Below are positions 26,533-41,421 of a stretch of 64,000 bases of DNA, piece by piece. This DNA comes from Eledone cirrhosa (lineage: Eukaryota): contig OZ024741.1 of the NCBI GenBank assembly GCA_964016885.1, positions 140,306,001 through 140,370,000 on the forward strand, read 5' to 3'. The notes under the pieces were generated by a model. It did not search any database, was not told where the DNA came from, and saw only the letters and a program-made list of their open reading frames with translations. Every line of letters begins with the position of its first letter. Positions within the stretch are counted from its first letter, which is position 1. A program made the translations under genes and the position numbers.

Positions 26533-29395
26533 GTCGTGGAAGTGAAGGGACGTACTATTATGAGCTCGAGTAAGTTTTGCTCTTTCTACGGTTTTAAATA
26601 CGTTTGTTATTAAAATATTGTTCCAAAAGGGGCATAATACTTTAGTCTTTGTCCTCAAAATATTTGGACCTTTGGGCAAATATTTAACATTTGTGTGTTT
26701 AAAAGAAAGTTTTTATCGAAAAAAGACACAAAACATGGTGGAACCACGGCCCCAACTTTGAATTTCCTGTCGTGCGACAACGAGTTAAAAGTTGAGTCTA
26801 ATAAAGCTACCCCTCCCGCAACAATTTTAAAATGTAACAACGCATCAGACAATACCGCCAACACCAGAACCACCAACAACAGTGAGAACACTAATATAAA
26901 GAAAGATGACAACATCAACAACAGTAAAAACAGTCGTGAACAAGAACGACAACAGTACCAGCAACAACGTCAGCAACACCAACGACAGCAAGAACGACAA
27001 AAAAGACAACAATATCAACAACAGTAACAAACACAACAACAGCAGCAACAACAACAAGAAAAACAACAAAAGCAGCAGTAACGTCGAAATCACACAGCAG
27101 ATAGGAGCCGCCTAAACTACATCATTCGCGAAGGCTGCCAAAGATGTTGAACCAGTACGCGTAAGTGACACGCAGATGAGGCAGGCCAAGCTGTTGGTTA
27201 AAAAAACAGGACACAGATAAGACTCACCCACCCACCCGACATGATGAAAAACTGACGTCTGTCTATGGTCTCCTACCGTACACTTGGATTCAAATAGCGC
27301 CGGGTGGAACAGACGACCGAGTCGCAGGTCCAAACGGCTATGAGTGCGCTCTGGGCACAGAAAACCTATATAGCCCGAGGATCAAAGTATGGCACAGTGG
27401 ATGTTCTCTTCGCTACACCCTAAGAAGCCAGAGCACTCTCCATTACGCCAATCAGCAGTGACAAAATCGTGATGGTGCCGACATACTGCGGCCAGAGAGT
27501 CGCGAGGGTCCGAGTGACCCAGAATCCACTCTCAGTGGAGTTCTCTTGGCTGGTGGCGGCCGTCTTCGCTGATGTCGAGGAGTCAATAAGAATCCTAGAC
27601 TTCATGGGTATAAGACAAGCATAGAGGCCATCCTTGATGTGATTGACCTTGATGACGGCAGCCATCTAACCATGACAGTCGAAGGTAGGCGCCCAAGGTG
27701 TCACGAGACGGAGACAAAACCCACCTTAAAGCCTTCTGCTCCAAACTCACTAAGGCGGGTACGCGCTCCCCGTTTCTCCTTACGCCATACCCCGTGGCTG
27801 GAGTGGCCAAACTATCTGAGGCGGCACTGGCAGAAAACCTACCAGCACCAGTGACACCAACAACAAAAACACCCTCTCCACTACCAACAGCACCAAAAAA
27901 AAACAGTGGAGAGCATGCTCCTTCCCGATATCGCTAAATCGGACAAAGAGTGCGATGACACTGAAGGGTGGAAAACCATCGTAGCGAAAACAAAAAGAAA
28001 GAGCTCCCTACCTTCGGCATAATAAAAAGAGGAGGAAAAAACAAAACAAAAATGAAAAAGTCAACGACCCCAACTCCATCAATATCAACAGCCACACGCT
28101 CAAAACTACCTACACAATCACCATCACCACCACCGACACCACCACCTCCATCATTATCATCTATCCCATCGTCACCTCCAGCAACACCACAGCAAACACA
28201 GAAAGCACCAACATCTCAAAAGCAGACACAATACAAAAAATATAGACACAGACAACACAAAGCTTTTAAATAACATTCAACACTACACCATCACAATAAC
28301 AAATTACATAGAAACCACCAAAATTGTATACTCCTCCACCCCCCACCACACACACACTCACATAGCAATAATAGAAAGCTCTCAAAAGAATTACACAACA
28401 TTAAAGAAAACGTTCCCCGCAGCAATCGAAAACTATCGAGGGAACCTCACCAAAATAATTTATCCTGACAATCTCGTGCAGAGATCCACCACTGGTCGGA
28501 GGGATAGATCACCCTCCCACTTCCTAAAAAAAGTCAAAGGTAAAGTTTTATTTTTTAAACTTTTCCCCTCTCATTTGTTTTCCTCCTATCTTAGCAACAT
28601 GGCTTCTATAAGGATAAGCAGTATAAATGCACGTGACCTGGGATCGTCTTGGAAGCAGGGCCACCTGCCCAACGATCTCAGATTGCTAAACATAGATGTG
28701 GTGACCATCAGCGAGACTAGAATCATCAAGGCACGGGCATTCACACCCATTTTCGGTGATCACGAAATGTACACATCTCCAAGCCTTCCGAGATCTAGGG
28801 GAGGAGTGGCTGTGTTGTTCCGGAGAAGTCTGCATCTCGAGATACGGGCCATCTTCTTCGACACAGAAGGTAAATTAGTGGTGTTTGACGTGACCAGCGG
28901 AGAAGGGCAAGTTTTTCAGGCTAGTGGCCGTCTATGCCGCAACAGGAGCAGGAAGACCTGAATTCTTCAGGCGCCCGGTGATCTTTCTTGGAACATCTCG
29001 CTCTTTAGTGTTAGTGGGTGACTTGAACGGGATCTTGGATGCACGCTGGGATTGTGTGGGATTAGTGGATAGGGGAGGAGGGAGTAAAAACCTCACAAAC
29101 CTGCTCAGACGTTTCCAACTCTCTGAGAGTAGATTGAAATCGGAGAACTAAGCGAGGGCACTTGGTCTGTTGTTCAGGGTCACCGTGGCTTTTTTAATGG
29201 GCTTTCTCCACGAATGACCCTCGGATATCTCTCCTCCACCCCATTGGGGAATTCTCCTTTGTTTCTTTTTTTGTCACTTCCTTTGTTATTGCTTTTTTTC
29301 TTTACACGTAGAAATACCCAGTTGTACCGTCCTGTACTGTCCTTAATGTTATACTTTATGTCAACCCTTGTGGTTAATAAAGAAAGCACTATTAA
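26533..29395 (+). mobile_element. Degenerate, internally deleted Tx1-type LINE with 17-bp TSD
   Basis: Broken ORF1 (VEGRRPRC knuckle region); APE N-terminus from 28599 homologous to 55563; jumps to the 3' end at ~29125; TSD tattattatcattatta at 26516-26532 and 29396-29412. Confidence 0.88.
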
Positions 29396-29427
29396 TATTA
29401 TTATCATTATTATTATTATTTCCAAGT

Positions 29428-29609
29428 GCGGTGGATTGGCAGTATCGGTAGAGGGTCGGACGCCATGCTTTCCAGCATAGTTACGTCCCTTTACGATCTG
29501 AGTTCAAATCCCGCCGAGGTTGACTTTGCCTTTCATCCTTACGGGGTCGATAAAATAAAGTACCAGTAATGCACTGAATATTGCTGGCCTTGTGCCTAAA
29601 GTAGAAACA
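29428..29609 (+). mobile_element. Nin/Deu SINE with 16-bp TSD
   Basis: TSD attattatttccaagt at 29412-29427 and 29610-29625; B-box gagttcaaatccc. Confidence 0.92.
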
Positions 29610-29923
29610 ATTATTATTTCCAAGTCGTTTAGTTTGGGATATTCTTAGGTTTGGTAGTATACACTCTCCAGTATTAACTATATTTCGGGTAAGCTTTGGT
29701 TGCAATAAATTCTGTTCCATATAGGAATGATTTAATTTCAATGATAGCTGTTCTAGAATGTCAGCAAAACATGAAGGATAAAGAAATGAAAACTGTGTTC
29801 TACAATACATGACAATGATACACACACACAAACATACATGTATAACATATTTATATATGCATATATACATATATATATATATATGTGTGCGTGTAAGAGA
29901 GAGAGCCAGTGTTGCATGTATAT

Positions 29924-30049
29924 ATATTTATTGAAATAACAGATTAAAGTTTAAGCAAAGAATCGCTGCTTTCACCCTTAACGGGATCTTCTTAAGGATG
30001 AAAGCAGCGATTCTTTGCTTAAACTTTAATCTGTTATTTTAATAAATAT
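29924..30049. mobile_element. Fold-back element with partial HHR
   Basis: Palindrome with axis at ~29986; arms carry GAAA-gca..tgc-TT. Confidence 0.7.
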
Positions 30050-30679
30050 TTGCTCGCGGTTCTTATATATTTGATATATATTTATCCTTATCGAGCCCTC
30101 TTTGGATTTTAGTCTTCAAATTTATTATTATTATTATATATATATATTCGCGGAATTGTAATTATCTTCCACGATTTTGTGATACGGTTTTTCCTGGCGT
30201 TTTTCCTGGAAATATATAATTTTTTCACACTTTTCATATATACCGTATATGCCAACCTATATTTCACGTTATGTTTTGGCGTTTATACACATTTTTATGG
30301 ACCACGTCCAATATTCGCTGTTTTTCGCTCTTCGCAGGTGCTGTAGGAACGTAACCCCGCAAATACCAGTGGACAACTGTATATATATATACATATACGT
30401 ATGAATACCACGTAAGTCTGATATTTGATTTTGGATTCAAAGAAACACTTTAAACGTATAATCGTTTGATTTCTCCAGGTATATTTTTCTCAACCTGTTA
30501 GTTCTACCGTTACTTTGGTATATTATTGTGTGGTAGATTTTGCCTACAACAATGTTCCATTTGTCAAGCTATTTAAACGTATGGACCTACCTTATCGAGT
30601 GCTTTGCTAACTCATCATTTCATATAAGTAGGCCGAATTTGCTTGCAAACCGCCAGAGATTCGATTTTACTAAATCTCC

Positions 30680-30727
<48 letters not shown>

Positions 30728-31744
30728 AAAGAGTGAAGAATAACATGGTCAACAGTACAAAACAGGGTTTTATTTACAGTTTTAACAATTATTTCACTGA
30801 TTAAGTTGTCTTAAAATTGCTGAAAACTTGAAGCTATGCCACTCAATATTAAATACGATTTTAGCTTAGAAAGGACTGTTAAAAATATACTCAGCGTTTA
30901 TGAATTCAAATTACAACATCTTTAATAAAGAAAAAGAGAAAAAAAATTAATTGACAAACACTTCCCTAAAGTTCACAAATACCATACAATCTTTAATAGA
31001 AATACTATGAAACTATTTTACTCTACTGCCACCAACATAGAATCGCACATACATAAAATTAACTATAAAATAATCTCTAATACAAATAGCCTGCAAACAA
31101 GCATCATAACACCAAATATAAAACACAAACAGATAACAACATCACAGACAAACACATGTCAGAACACATCACAACAATTCATCAACAAACCCTCTTCTCA
31201 GCCCATACATAACAACATACAAAAACGTATCGCGGAACCGGCACATAGGAAAGCATCAAAATGTAGCTGTCATTTACCTGATGAATGCTCACTACAAAAT
31301 AGATGCCTGGAGTCAAATATAGTGTACCTATGTACTATAAATTCAGGCAACTTAACATGTCACTACATAGGTTCGACGGCGGGGGAGTTCAAGAAAAGAT
31401 GGTATGATGACACTCTATAAATAACCGTAAACATATGAACACAAAGACGCTCGCCAATAAAATCTGACAGCTCAAAGATACAAACCAGGAATACAGAATT
31501 AGCTGGGTGAAGTTGTCAACGGCAATGGCCTATAAAATTGGCATGTCCCATTGTAGACTTTGCAATATGGAATTATTCCATATTTTAAAATATAACAAAT
31601 TGCTGCTTAACAGCAAAATTGAACGATCAATTTTCTGTAGACATAAAACGGCGAGCAAATTCGATAATTTCAGACCAACTTAATTCATCACATCTATTCT
31701 ATAATTCAAATTATACCACATGAATCTATTATAATAACCTATTA

Positions 31745-31789
<45 letters not shown>

Positions 31790-31790
<1 letters not shown>

Positions 31791-31976
31791 GGGCGGTGGA
31801 TTGGCAGTATCGGTAGAGGGTCGGACGCCATGCTTTCCAGCATAGTTACGTCCCTTTACGATCTGATTTCAAATCCCGCCGAGGTTGACTTTGCCTTTCA
31901 TCCTTATGGGGTCGATAAAATAAAGTACCAGTAATGCACTGGGTAATTGCTGACCTTGTGCCTAAAGTAGAAACAA
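31790..31976 (+). mobile_element. Nin/Deu SINE in (ATT)n
   Basis: Near-identical to the copy at 29428; (ATT)n on both sides. Confidence 0.92.
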
Positions 31977-32640
31977 TTATTATTATTATTGTCATCAACT
32001 GTCAATGAACCAACATCATAACCTCTTATATTTTCTCTTTCATTTTCTATCTTTCTATTTCTTTCCCTAAATTTATTTCATCTCTTACATTATATCTTAT
32101 CGTATTATTTTCACTTCTAATATAACTTACAATTAATTAATTAATTAATTATTTAATTAATATATTAATGTAACTAATACATATATGAATATATGTATTA
32201 GTTACATTAATAAATTAATTAAATAATATTTAACATTTTCATGTTTATACCATCATAGCTCTATATTTTAACCACCAACACCACAGCTACTCTCAATAAT
32301 CATACTATGTTAATTTTCTTCGCACACATATTACATTTTTAAATTTATTTTTTATCATATTTTGTATTATTTTTTATCATCCTCGTTATAACTTATTTAT
32401 TAACATTTATTCATTTACTATTATCTTTATTATTCTTTTCTCTCTATTTTACTTTACTTTATCTTTTATCTTTTTTCTTCATCCTTTTCTCTTCTATCTT
32501 TTTTGTCTCTATATTTTTCCTCTCTATCTTTTTTCTCTATATCTTTTTCTTGTTCCTCTCTTTTTTTCTCTCATTTTTTCTCTCTCTTTCTTAATTAATG
32601 ATGTTGTAATTTGAATTCGTAAACGCTGAGTACATTTTTA

Positions 32641-32756
32641 ACAGTCCTTTCTGATGATCTGGTTAAGGTAACATCGTATTTAAAATTGAGTGGCACAGCT
32701 TCAAGTGTTCAGCAATTTTTAAACAACTTAACTAGTGAAACAATTGTTAATACTGT
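32641..32756 (+). ncRNA. Hammerhead ribozyme with long stem II
   Basis: acagt..CTGATGA-(ctggttaag/cttaactag)-GAAA-caattg-TT..actgt, then AATAAA. Confidence 0.68.
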
Positions 32757-32975
32757 AAATAAAACCCTTTTGTGTACTGTTGGCCATGTTATCCTTCACT
32801 CTTTCAATATTATTACTCCAAGATAAACTTACATAGGAATCCAAGAGAACTCACAAACTCGCCACCTACGGAAATCTCTTTTGAGTCAAACAACGCCGTA
32901 CGCTAAAACTATCCACAATACCTCTAACTGGATTACCTACAACGATATTTTGTTATCCCTTATATATATATATAT

Positions 32976-33940
32976 GTAATATGAGTTTTTCGAATATTAA
33001 TAATTATATCTACTTTTGCCACAAGGCCGGCAATTATCCCAGTGCATTACTGGTACTTTAATTGATACCTCGTAAGGATGAAAGACTAAGTTAACCTCGG
33101 CGGTATTTGAACTCAGACCATAAAGGGCGGTAACTCTTTGCTGCAAAGCGTGGCGTCCGACCCTCTAACGATACTGCCAATCCACCAAAGTTCGATTCGT
33201 TTGCAATTATGCAAACAAGCCTCAATGTTATAGCCATGTCAGTAGAATGAACCCGTCATTCTTTCTTTTGTATCGGCATGAGAAGAGAACTGCAGACACT
33301 AATGTTTCTGGGTAACACCCTTCATCAGTACAGCTCACTGTTCACCTGCCAAACTGTCAGAGCTAGTGAAAATATATGTTATTTTCAAAAATACACAGTG
33401 ACTGATCGGCCTGATTTGCATATAAGCAGACTGACTGATCAGTCAGATCTGCATATTAGCAGATCCCCTGATCAGTCAGTTTCCTGTATACGAGCGATAA
33501 ATGGCCGGCTTTGCCAAATTCAAATAAAAAAGAAAATGTTCGCTCTTCATGGCTGAATACAATAAATGTAATCGAAGTTTTTCGAATATTAATAATAGCA
33601 TTCGTTTGCAATTATGCGAACAAGCCTCGATTTTATAGCCATGTCAGTAGAATGGACATTTCATTCTTGCTCTTGTTTCGGCATGCTAACATAACTGCAG
33701 ACACTAATGTTTCTGGGTATCACCCTTCATCGGTATAGCTCACTATTCACCTGTCAAACTGTCACGCTAGTGAACATATATACTATTTTCAAATATACAC
33801 ATATTATCAGACTGGCTGATCAGTCAGATCTGCATATTAGCAGATCCACTGATAAGCCAGATTTCCATATCAGTCTCTTATTAATATTCGAAAAACTCAG
33901 ATTACATTTACTGTATTCAGCCATGTAGAGCGAAAATGTT
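32976..33940 (-). mobile_element. Retrozyme-like ~405-nt tandem units with canonical HHRs, a terminal inversion and a SINE (33005-33187)
   Basis: HHR copies at 33287 and 33693; 33878-33935 inverted; no ORF. Confidence 0.8.
33287..33336 (-). ncRNA. Canonical type I hammerhead ribozyme (GUC site)
   Basis: gagctgta-CTGATGA-gggt/accc-GAAA-cat/gtg-TC-tgcagttc; second copy at 33693-33741 has CCGATGA. Confidence 0.88.
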
Positions 33941-33943
33941 CTA

Positions 33944-33977
<34 letters not shown>

Positions 33978-34009
33978 TTTTTTTTTTCTTTTGGAACGAT
34001 CGACTTTCG

Positions 34010-34210
34010 TCAAATCGAACGGAGGAAACATTGTTTCCATCGGTCTTTCCAGTTGCTAATACTATCTATCGGTTGTAACTCCAGGTAGAAGGAGCAACGT
34101 GAAATAAAGTGTCTTGCTGAAGGACATAACGCATCGCCCGGTCCGAGAATCGAACTCACAACCTCACGATTGCGAATCCAATTCTCTAACCACTGAGCCA
34201 CACGCCTTCA
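34010..34210 (-). mobile_element. CORE-type tRNA-derived SINE (octopus OR-like)
   Basis: A-box tggctcagtgg, B-box gagttcgattc, CORE-like tgtccttcagcaagacacttta. Confidence 0.8.
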
Positions 34211-34211
34211 C

Positions 34212-34941
<730 letters not shown>

Positions 34942-37901
34942 TAGTAGTAGTAGTAGTAGTAGTAGTACATGTGAAGGCTAAAATACAGAGAAATACGAGG
35001 CAATGAGAAAAATATTTATATGTGTGTCTGTGTATATTTTAGTGGGGAAAAATGGAGATGTAACGCATGGGACTATCATTTATTATGAATGTGAAATAAC
35101 TCACTAAACATGTATGATATGTATACATATTGTCTTTGAAGCTAATTGCATCGTCTTTTGATAGAAATCTGTGAGAAAATTTGAAATTGGAATTTCAAGT
35201 AGCTGCTTCATCGCCCTGATAGCCTGTCATTAACTGATGTTTAAATTCTGAATATGAAATACCGATTTAATAAATCTGACTTATTCGGTAATAATGATTT
35301 CATATCACATTTGCGTTACACTCATCATATTCATCGACATAAGGTATAAAGTTTAATATTGATAGCCAATAACTATACATGAAATCAAAATCTTTGTTAT
35401 TAAAGTCGTTAAGAATATGTAATATGTATATATATATATATACATATGTATGTACTAAGAAGATAATAGTTGCTTATCTACTATCCATTTGTTAAGCAGT
35501 TTGGTCAAAGAAAGTGAATTGTTTCAAATATCTACTCTGTCTTCTTTCCTAGCTGTTAGTTGTCATTGATTTTGCACCAGACAATTCTGCCCAAAGATAG
35601 TTTAATTGCCATAAACATCTATAAATATAAAGATAAAAACTAGTAAATATATTTATTCTTCTATATGACATAAAACTAATAAATAAAGTGTCGCCAAATA
35701 CTGTATAAAGTATCTATCAAATTTGACATTTCTCCGAAATCCGATTAAAATGTAACTTAAAAATAATTCCGATAAAGAAAGAGGAATTGTATAAAATATA
35801 CTTCACAACAAATCATGAAAAATAATAGAAAACAGTGAAATGAATTGAGATAAGAAAAAAATTACTTTCTTCGTATGATACATTAAAATCAATAAAATAC
35901 TAACATACAACCTTTTCCTTGTCAGAATACAGGGATAAATGCATCATTTCTTTTTCTTCTTTGTAATAAGTTTTTTGTCAGTCTAAATACACTGTATTTT
36001 TTCATCGAACAGATCTCTGAAGTCTATCAGTGTCATTCTTGAGTGCTGGGTTTTCGTTTAATGGTATAAAACATTTTAGTACATAAATACTTCTTTAGTT
36101 GCAGAGGTCATCATAATACCATCTAAATGATTTGAAAGTATATTCGCACTGGCATCAATGACAGTAGGACTAAAAATAATTTGTTTCTTCAGTTTCTGAT
36201 TTTGTATATTTAAAACCATAATAATCAGCTCCACTTTTCAATAGAGGTAGCTTACCATTTTATTTTTCTAACCTCCATGTGAATTTCATATTTAATTAAT
36301 CTAAGCGTTTTAAATCAGTCGTAAACAGTGTCGACACATCTAGTTATTAAATTAGAAAATAAATAATTCAGTAGCTTGTAGGTATTTAAACATTCAAGAG
36401 CAACATTCAAGAGCAACATATTTGGAATATCTTAAAATAATTAACTAAAAGTTATAAACTGAATTGTAAATGTATCTGTTAACAACTAAATTATAAAACA
36501 TAAATTATTTGTAATGTAATACAGTTCTAAATCTACAAAAATATTGATATCTTAAGTGGAGCTTTTATTTGATATATAGTGAAGGAATTACATTACTGCT
36601 TCCAAAAGTTGCATTGAATTATTTCTATAGTTGATGCCAAATAATGTAGATTTCTTGATATTCTGCTTGAATAGGAAACCAAGATTGAATACCACAATTT
36701 TCACAAAGAGAAACAATCGCATGGTTTAATTTGATTGAATCAAATTAAATCATGCTTGAGTTAATGTTGCAAGAAAGGTTGTGAGTTCCATACTAAATCA
36801 AGCCAAAGTAATTCATATAGAAACGTTTGTTCTTATAATAATTACTACTTCACCAATTTAAATGATAACATATAGGCCGTTATGAATTCGTACATATAAT
36901 AACCTACGACGCCATGTATATAAATACATTTTTCCAGAGATCATTGTATAAAAGTATCCCCCACGTCAGACAATTCTATAGTGAGAATAATGATCGACAG
37001 AAAAAAAAGACAAAAATCAATTACGGAGACGTGTGTGACGCGTCTATAAGTTTACAATAAAGAACTTGGAAGTTTGAAATTACATCATGGATTATTAGAT
37101 TGAGTGTCGTCGTTATGAAAAAACTACACTTAATGAATGTAAAGAATATTACTAATTTCGAAGAAATGTGAAAGTTTATGTTTAAGTTTAATCGATATGT
37201 ATTAAATACAGATTTATATGCGAACATTAGTAAATGCCCGTAGATTAGTGTTGAGGGTGTTCAACTTAATATGAAATGCCTATAACATAGAATATGTCCA
37301 GACTTGTTATGCTGAGTTCCCATAATGACTAGGTTAAGAGTTCGCGTGTCTGTGGCATGCCCAGTCATTTCAAATTAATTTTACTAGTAGGCGGTTTTAC
37401 TGCTGGAATAACAGCAACATCTTTCGACGAATGTCAAAGGCACACCGATAAACGTGTACTTTCAGATTCTCGGAATTAAAATTACAATCAACAACCGCTT
37501 TATTTTCCGGAAATATCACATGTAAATTATATTGCACGGAAGTAATTTAGGGGCACACTTGTTAAATTTTTCTCACATTAGTATAGTATTCAATATATAA
37601 CATAGAGTGGAATTCTTAACCATTCTATATGAATTACACACGGAATTGTTGACTTCTACAAAAGCTGTTCTTTATAATTTCTATTATATATACACTCTCA
37701 ACACACGAGAATATTTTTTCCCTTATATTACATCGAGAGGCGTGCAAAATCATATATTACAAAACTCAAAATACTAGTTAAGTTCAAATTCAATATCCAA
37801 TTCCTTGATCTGTACAGGAATCTCTGCAGCAAATCGGTTAATTCGTGACTGTCAACCCATCCTTTTACAAGTACTACGGCTACAAATACTACTTAACGCA
37901 A

Positions 37902-38920
<1,019 letters not shown>

Positions 38921-39056
38921 TATATATATATGTATATATGTATTTATATATATATACTTATATACATATGTATATATATACTTATATACATATGTATATA
39001 TATATATATATGTATATATATAAACGAAGTTTGCTCCCGTTTACGCGAACTCTGTA

Positions 39057-40193
39057 ATGGGATACTTAGAACAACAACTCTACCAAGAAATAGAGGAAAA
39101 ATATAGTACTGACTTTAGAAAGTACATTGAAAAATCTTGGAAGAGATACCTTGACGACTGTTTCATCATCTGGACAGAATCTCTAGATACTCTGGATGAG
39201 TTCAATATCCTCCTGAATAACCTACACCCATCTCTCCAATTCACAAAAGAGATGAGTAGGACCAAATTACCATTCCTAGATATAATGATAATCAAAAACG
39301 ACACCACCATTACCACGGATATATATTATAAACACACAGACACCCATCAATATCTGAATTTTAAGTCGTGCCATCCACCTCATACAAAACGCAACATCCC
39401 ATACTGCCTAGCCAGAAGATTTTGTACCATTGTAGAAGATACGAATACCAGGTACAAACGCCTAACAGAACTAAGAGAATTTTTGCTCAAACAAAAATAC
39501 CCATCTCTACTTATAGAAAATGGCATACAGCGGGCTATAAAAATACCTATACAACAACTTAGAACAACCCAAAGAAGAAGAAACCAAGAACTGGTCATAC
39601 CATTTATAATGACACACAACCCATGTCACCAGAATATCTTCAACACTGCCAAAGCAAACCTACCGATCATTGCTCAAAGTAATGAATTAAAAGGCTTAAT
39701 CACAGATCGATCTTTGACTCTTAGTAAAAGACAGCCAAAAAATTTGAAGCAATTGCTAACAAAAGCAAAGTTTGACCTTAACAACAAAGACCAATCATTC
39801 ACTGTATCTAAATGCAATGATAATCGATGCGGCACATGTCAATCCATACACGCCGGTCAATATATGAAAACAAAAACTGGAAAAACATTCACAAATGCAA
39901 ATATGAACTGCAAAAGCAGAAATCTAATTTACTGCATTAAATGCCCGAATTGTGAAGAACTATATGTCGGTCAAACTGGAAATACACTATCGGAACGTGC
40001 ACGGGTACACCGTCAACAAATCAGAGACCCAAATGTCCGTCAGATACCCCTAAGCGGCCACCTGGCAACATGTGGTCAGGGAATATTTATAATATTCCCA
40101 TTCTACAAATTACACAGCCCAAATGAAATCAAGAGAAAAATCAAAGAAAATAATTTTATTGATAAATTCAAACCCAAGCTAAATGAACAATAA
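39057..40193 (+). CDS. PLE RT C-terminal half + GIY-YIG endonuclease (5'-truncated, open)
   Basis: WKRYLDDCFIIW, LPFLDI, YYKHTD, SCHPPH, C..RCGTC, NLIYCIKCPNC..YVGQT..R..H. Confidence 0.88.
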   Translation: MGYLEQQLYQEIEEKYSTDFRKYIEKSWKRYLDDCFIIWTESLDTLDEFNILLNNLHPSLQFTKEMSRTKLPFLDIMIIKNDTTITTDIYYKHTDTHQYLNFKSCHPPHTKRNIPYCLARRFCTIVEDTNTRYKRLTELREFLLKQKYPSLLIENGIQRAIKIPIQQLRTTQRRRNQELVIPFIMTHNPCHQNIFNTAKANLPIIAQSNELKGLITDRSLTLSKRQPKNLKQLLTKAKFDLNNKDQSFTVSKCNDNRCGTCQSIHAGQYMKTKTGKTFTNANMNCKSRNLIYCIKCPNCEELYVGQTGNTLSERARVHRQQIRDPNVRQIPLSGHLATCGQGIFIIFPFYKLHSPNEIKRKIKENNFIDKFKPKLNEQ

Positions 40194-40568
40194 TAACGCC
40201 TAGGGGTATTACTTCTACTACCACTATGACCACGACCACTAACAACAACAACAACAACAATAATAATGATAATAAAAGTGATGTTGATGGTGATGATTAA
40301 TAGAAAATGCTATTTTCATCATTTCAAAAAAGCAAAACAATTGATACGTTGGATATGACTATTGGTCGTTAGCATGCTCAACCAGCCGTGACGCTTAAAC
40401 CAATCAGCTGTAGTAATTCAGTGAAACTACACACTGATTGGTCGAAATACAGTTTACAGGGCTTTGCATTCTGGAGCCACTTTTCTCTGTATAAAATGTA
40501 TAAAAGGTAAGAAATTTACCCATCTCATTACAGTTGAAAATTGCAAACTCGACTGTCACCACATATCA

Positions 40569-40607
40569 TGAACCTGAAGATTGCGAAAGCATGAAAGTAC
40601 TTGTTCA
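40569..40607 (+). ncRNA. Minimal hammerhead ribozyme
   Basis: tgaac-CTGAAGA-tgc gaaa gca-GAAA-gtac-TT-gttca. Confidence 0.82.
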
Positions 40608-40734
40608 ATTAACACTTAGAATTTAATATTCTATCATACTATTTCATTATAATAGCATTATATATATTTTAAAGGATTGTAAATAAAACGAGTAAATCAG
40701 ACAAAGTTGGAATTCCTCTTATTAATATAAATAA

Positions 40735-40861
<127 letters not shown>

Positions 40862-41077
40862 TCAAAGGTAAATATTGAGTTAGGAACTCAAAATAGTCTC
40901 TTACAATAAAATAGATCTAAGAAAGAGATATGTCTGAGCCGTATATTATAATAGAACGTCGAGTAAACATGGCTTCTATTTTAGTGGTGTAGGTTTGTGA
41001 GACACGCTAGAATTCCATCTGCGGTGTTTTATATATTTTATATATAGCATACTTAGATGTGTCTAGGATACTAATTC

Positions 41078-41155
41078 ATCACCCACTGATGAGCTTGGAT
41101 TGGTATTTATATTCACAATTAACTTTGCGAAACAACAACAAGTTGTCTGGGTGAT
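41078..41155 (+). ncRNA. Type I hammerhead ribozyme with full stem III (GUC site)
   Basis: atcaccca-CTGATGA-gc..gc-GAAA-caac/gttg-TC-tgggtgat. Confidence 0.85.
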
Positions 41156-41324
41156 TGCTAGTTACCACAATTCCGGTTTGTATTTATCTTCTTAATTTTT
41201 TCTTAAATTGAGACAAGCGAACCCAATTGTCTATATTTAGTATTCTTTTCACCTTAGCGAATCAGGTCGCTCACGATTTGAACACATATATGTATATGTC
41301 TGTGTTCGTTTTTCTTTTACATTC

Positions 41325-41419
<95 letters not shown>

Positions 41420-41421
41420 TA

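Larger units (their letters stand above)
30723..32960 (+). mobile_element. 5'-truncated Naiad-type PLE with inverted pLTR and nested SINE
   Basis: 30723-30945 is the inverse of ~32575-32810; coding remnant 30947-31683 (KHFP..HKY, CSC..C, YIGSTAGEFKKR, CRLC, FCRHK). Confidence 0.88.
39022..40660 (+). mobile_element. 5'-truncated Neptune-like PLE
   Basis: Begins at the (TA)n edge with KFAPVYAN; ORF, then 3' pLTR with HHR. Confidence 0.9.

Noticed and set aside
34134-34206. Functional tRNA gene
   Set aside because: Followed directly by a CORE-like domain, so it is a SINE head.
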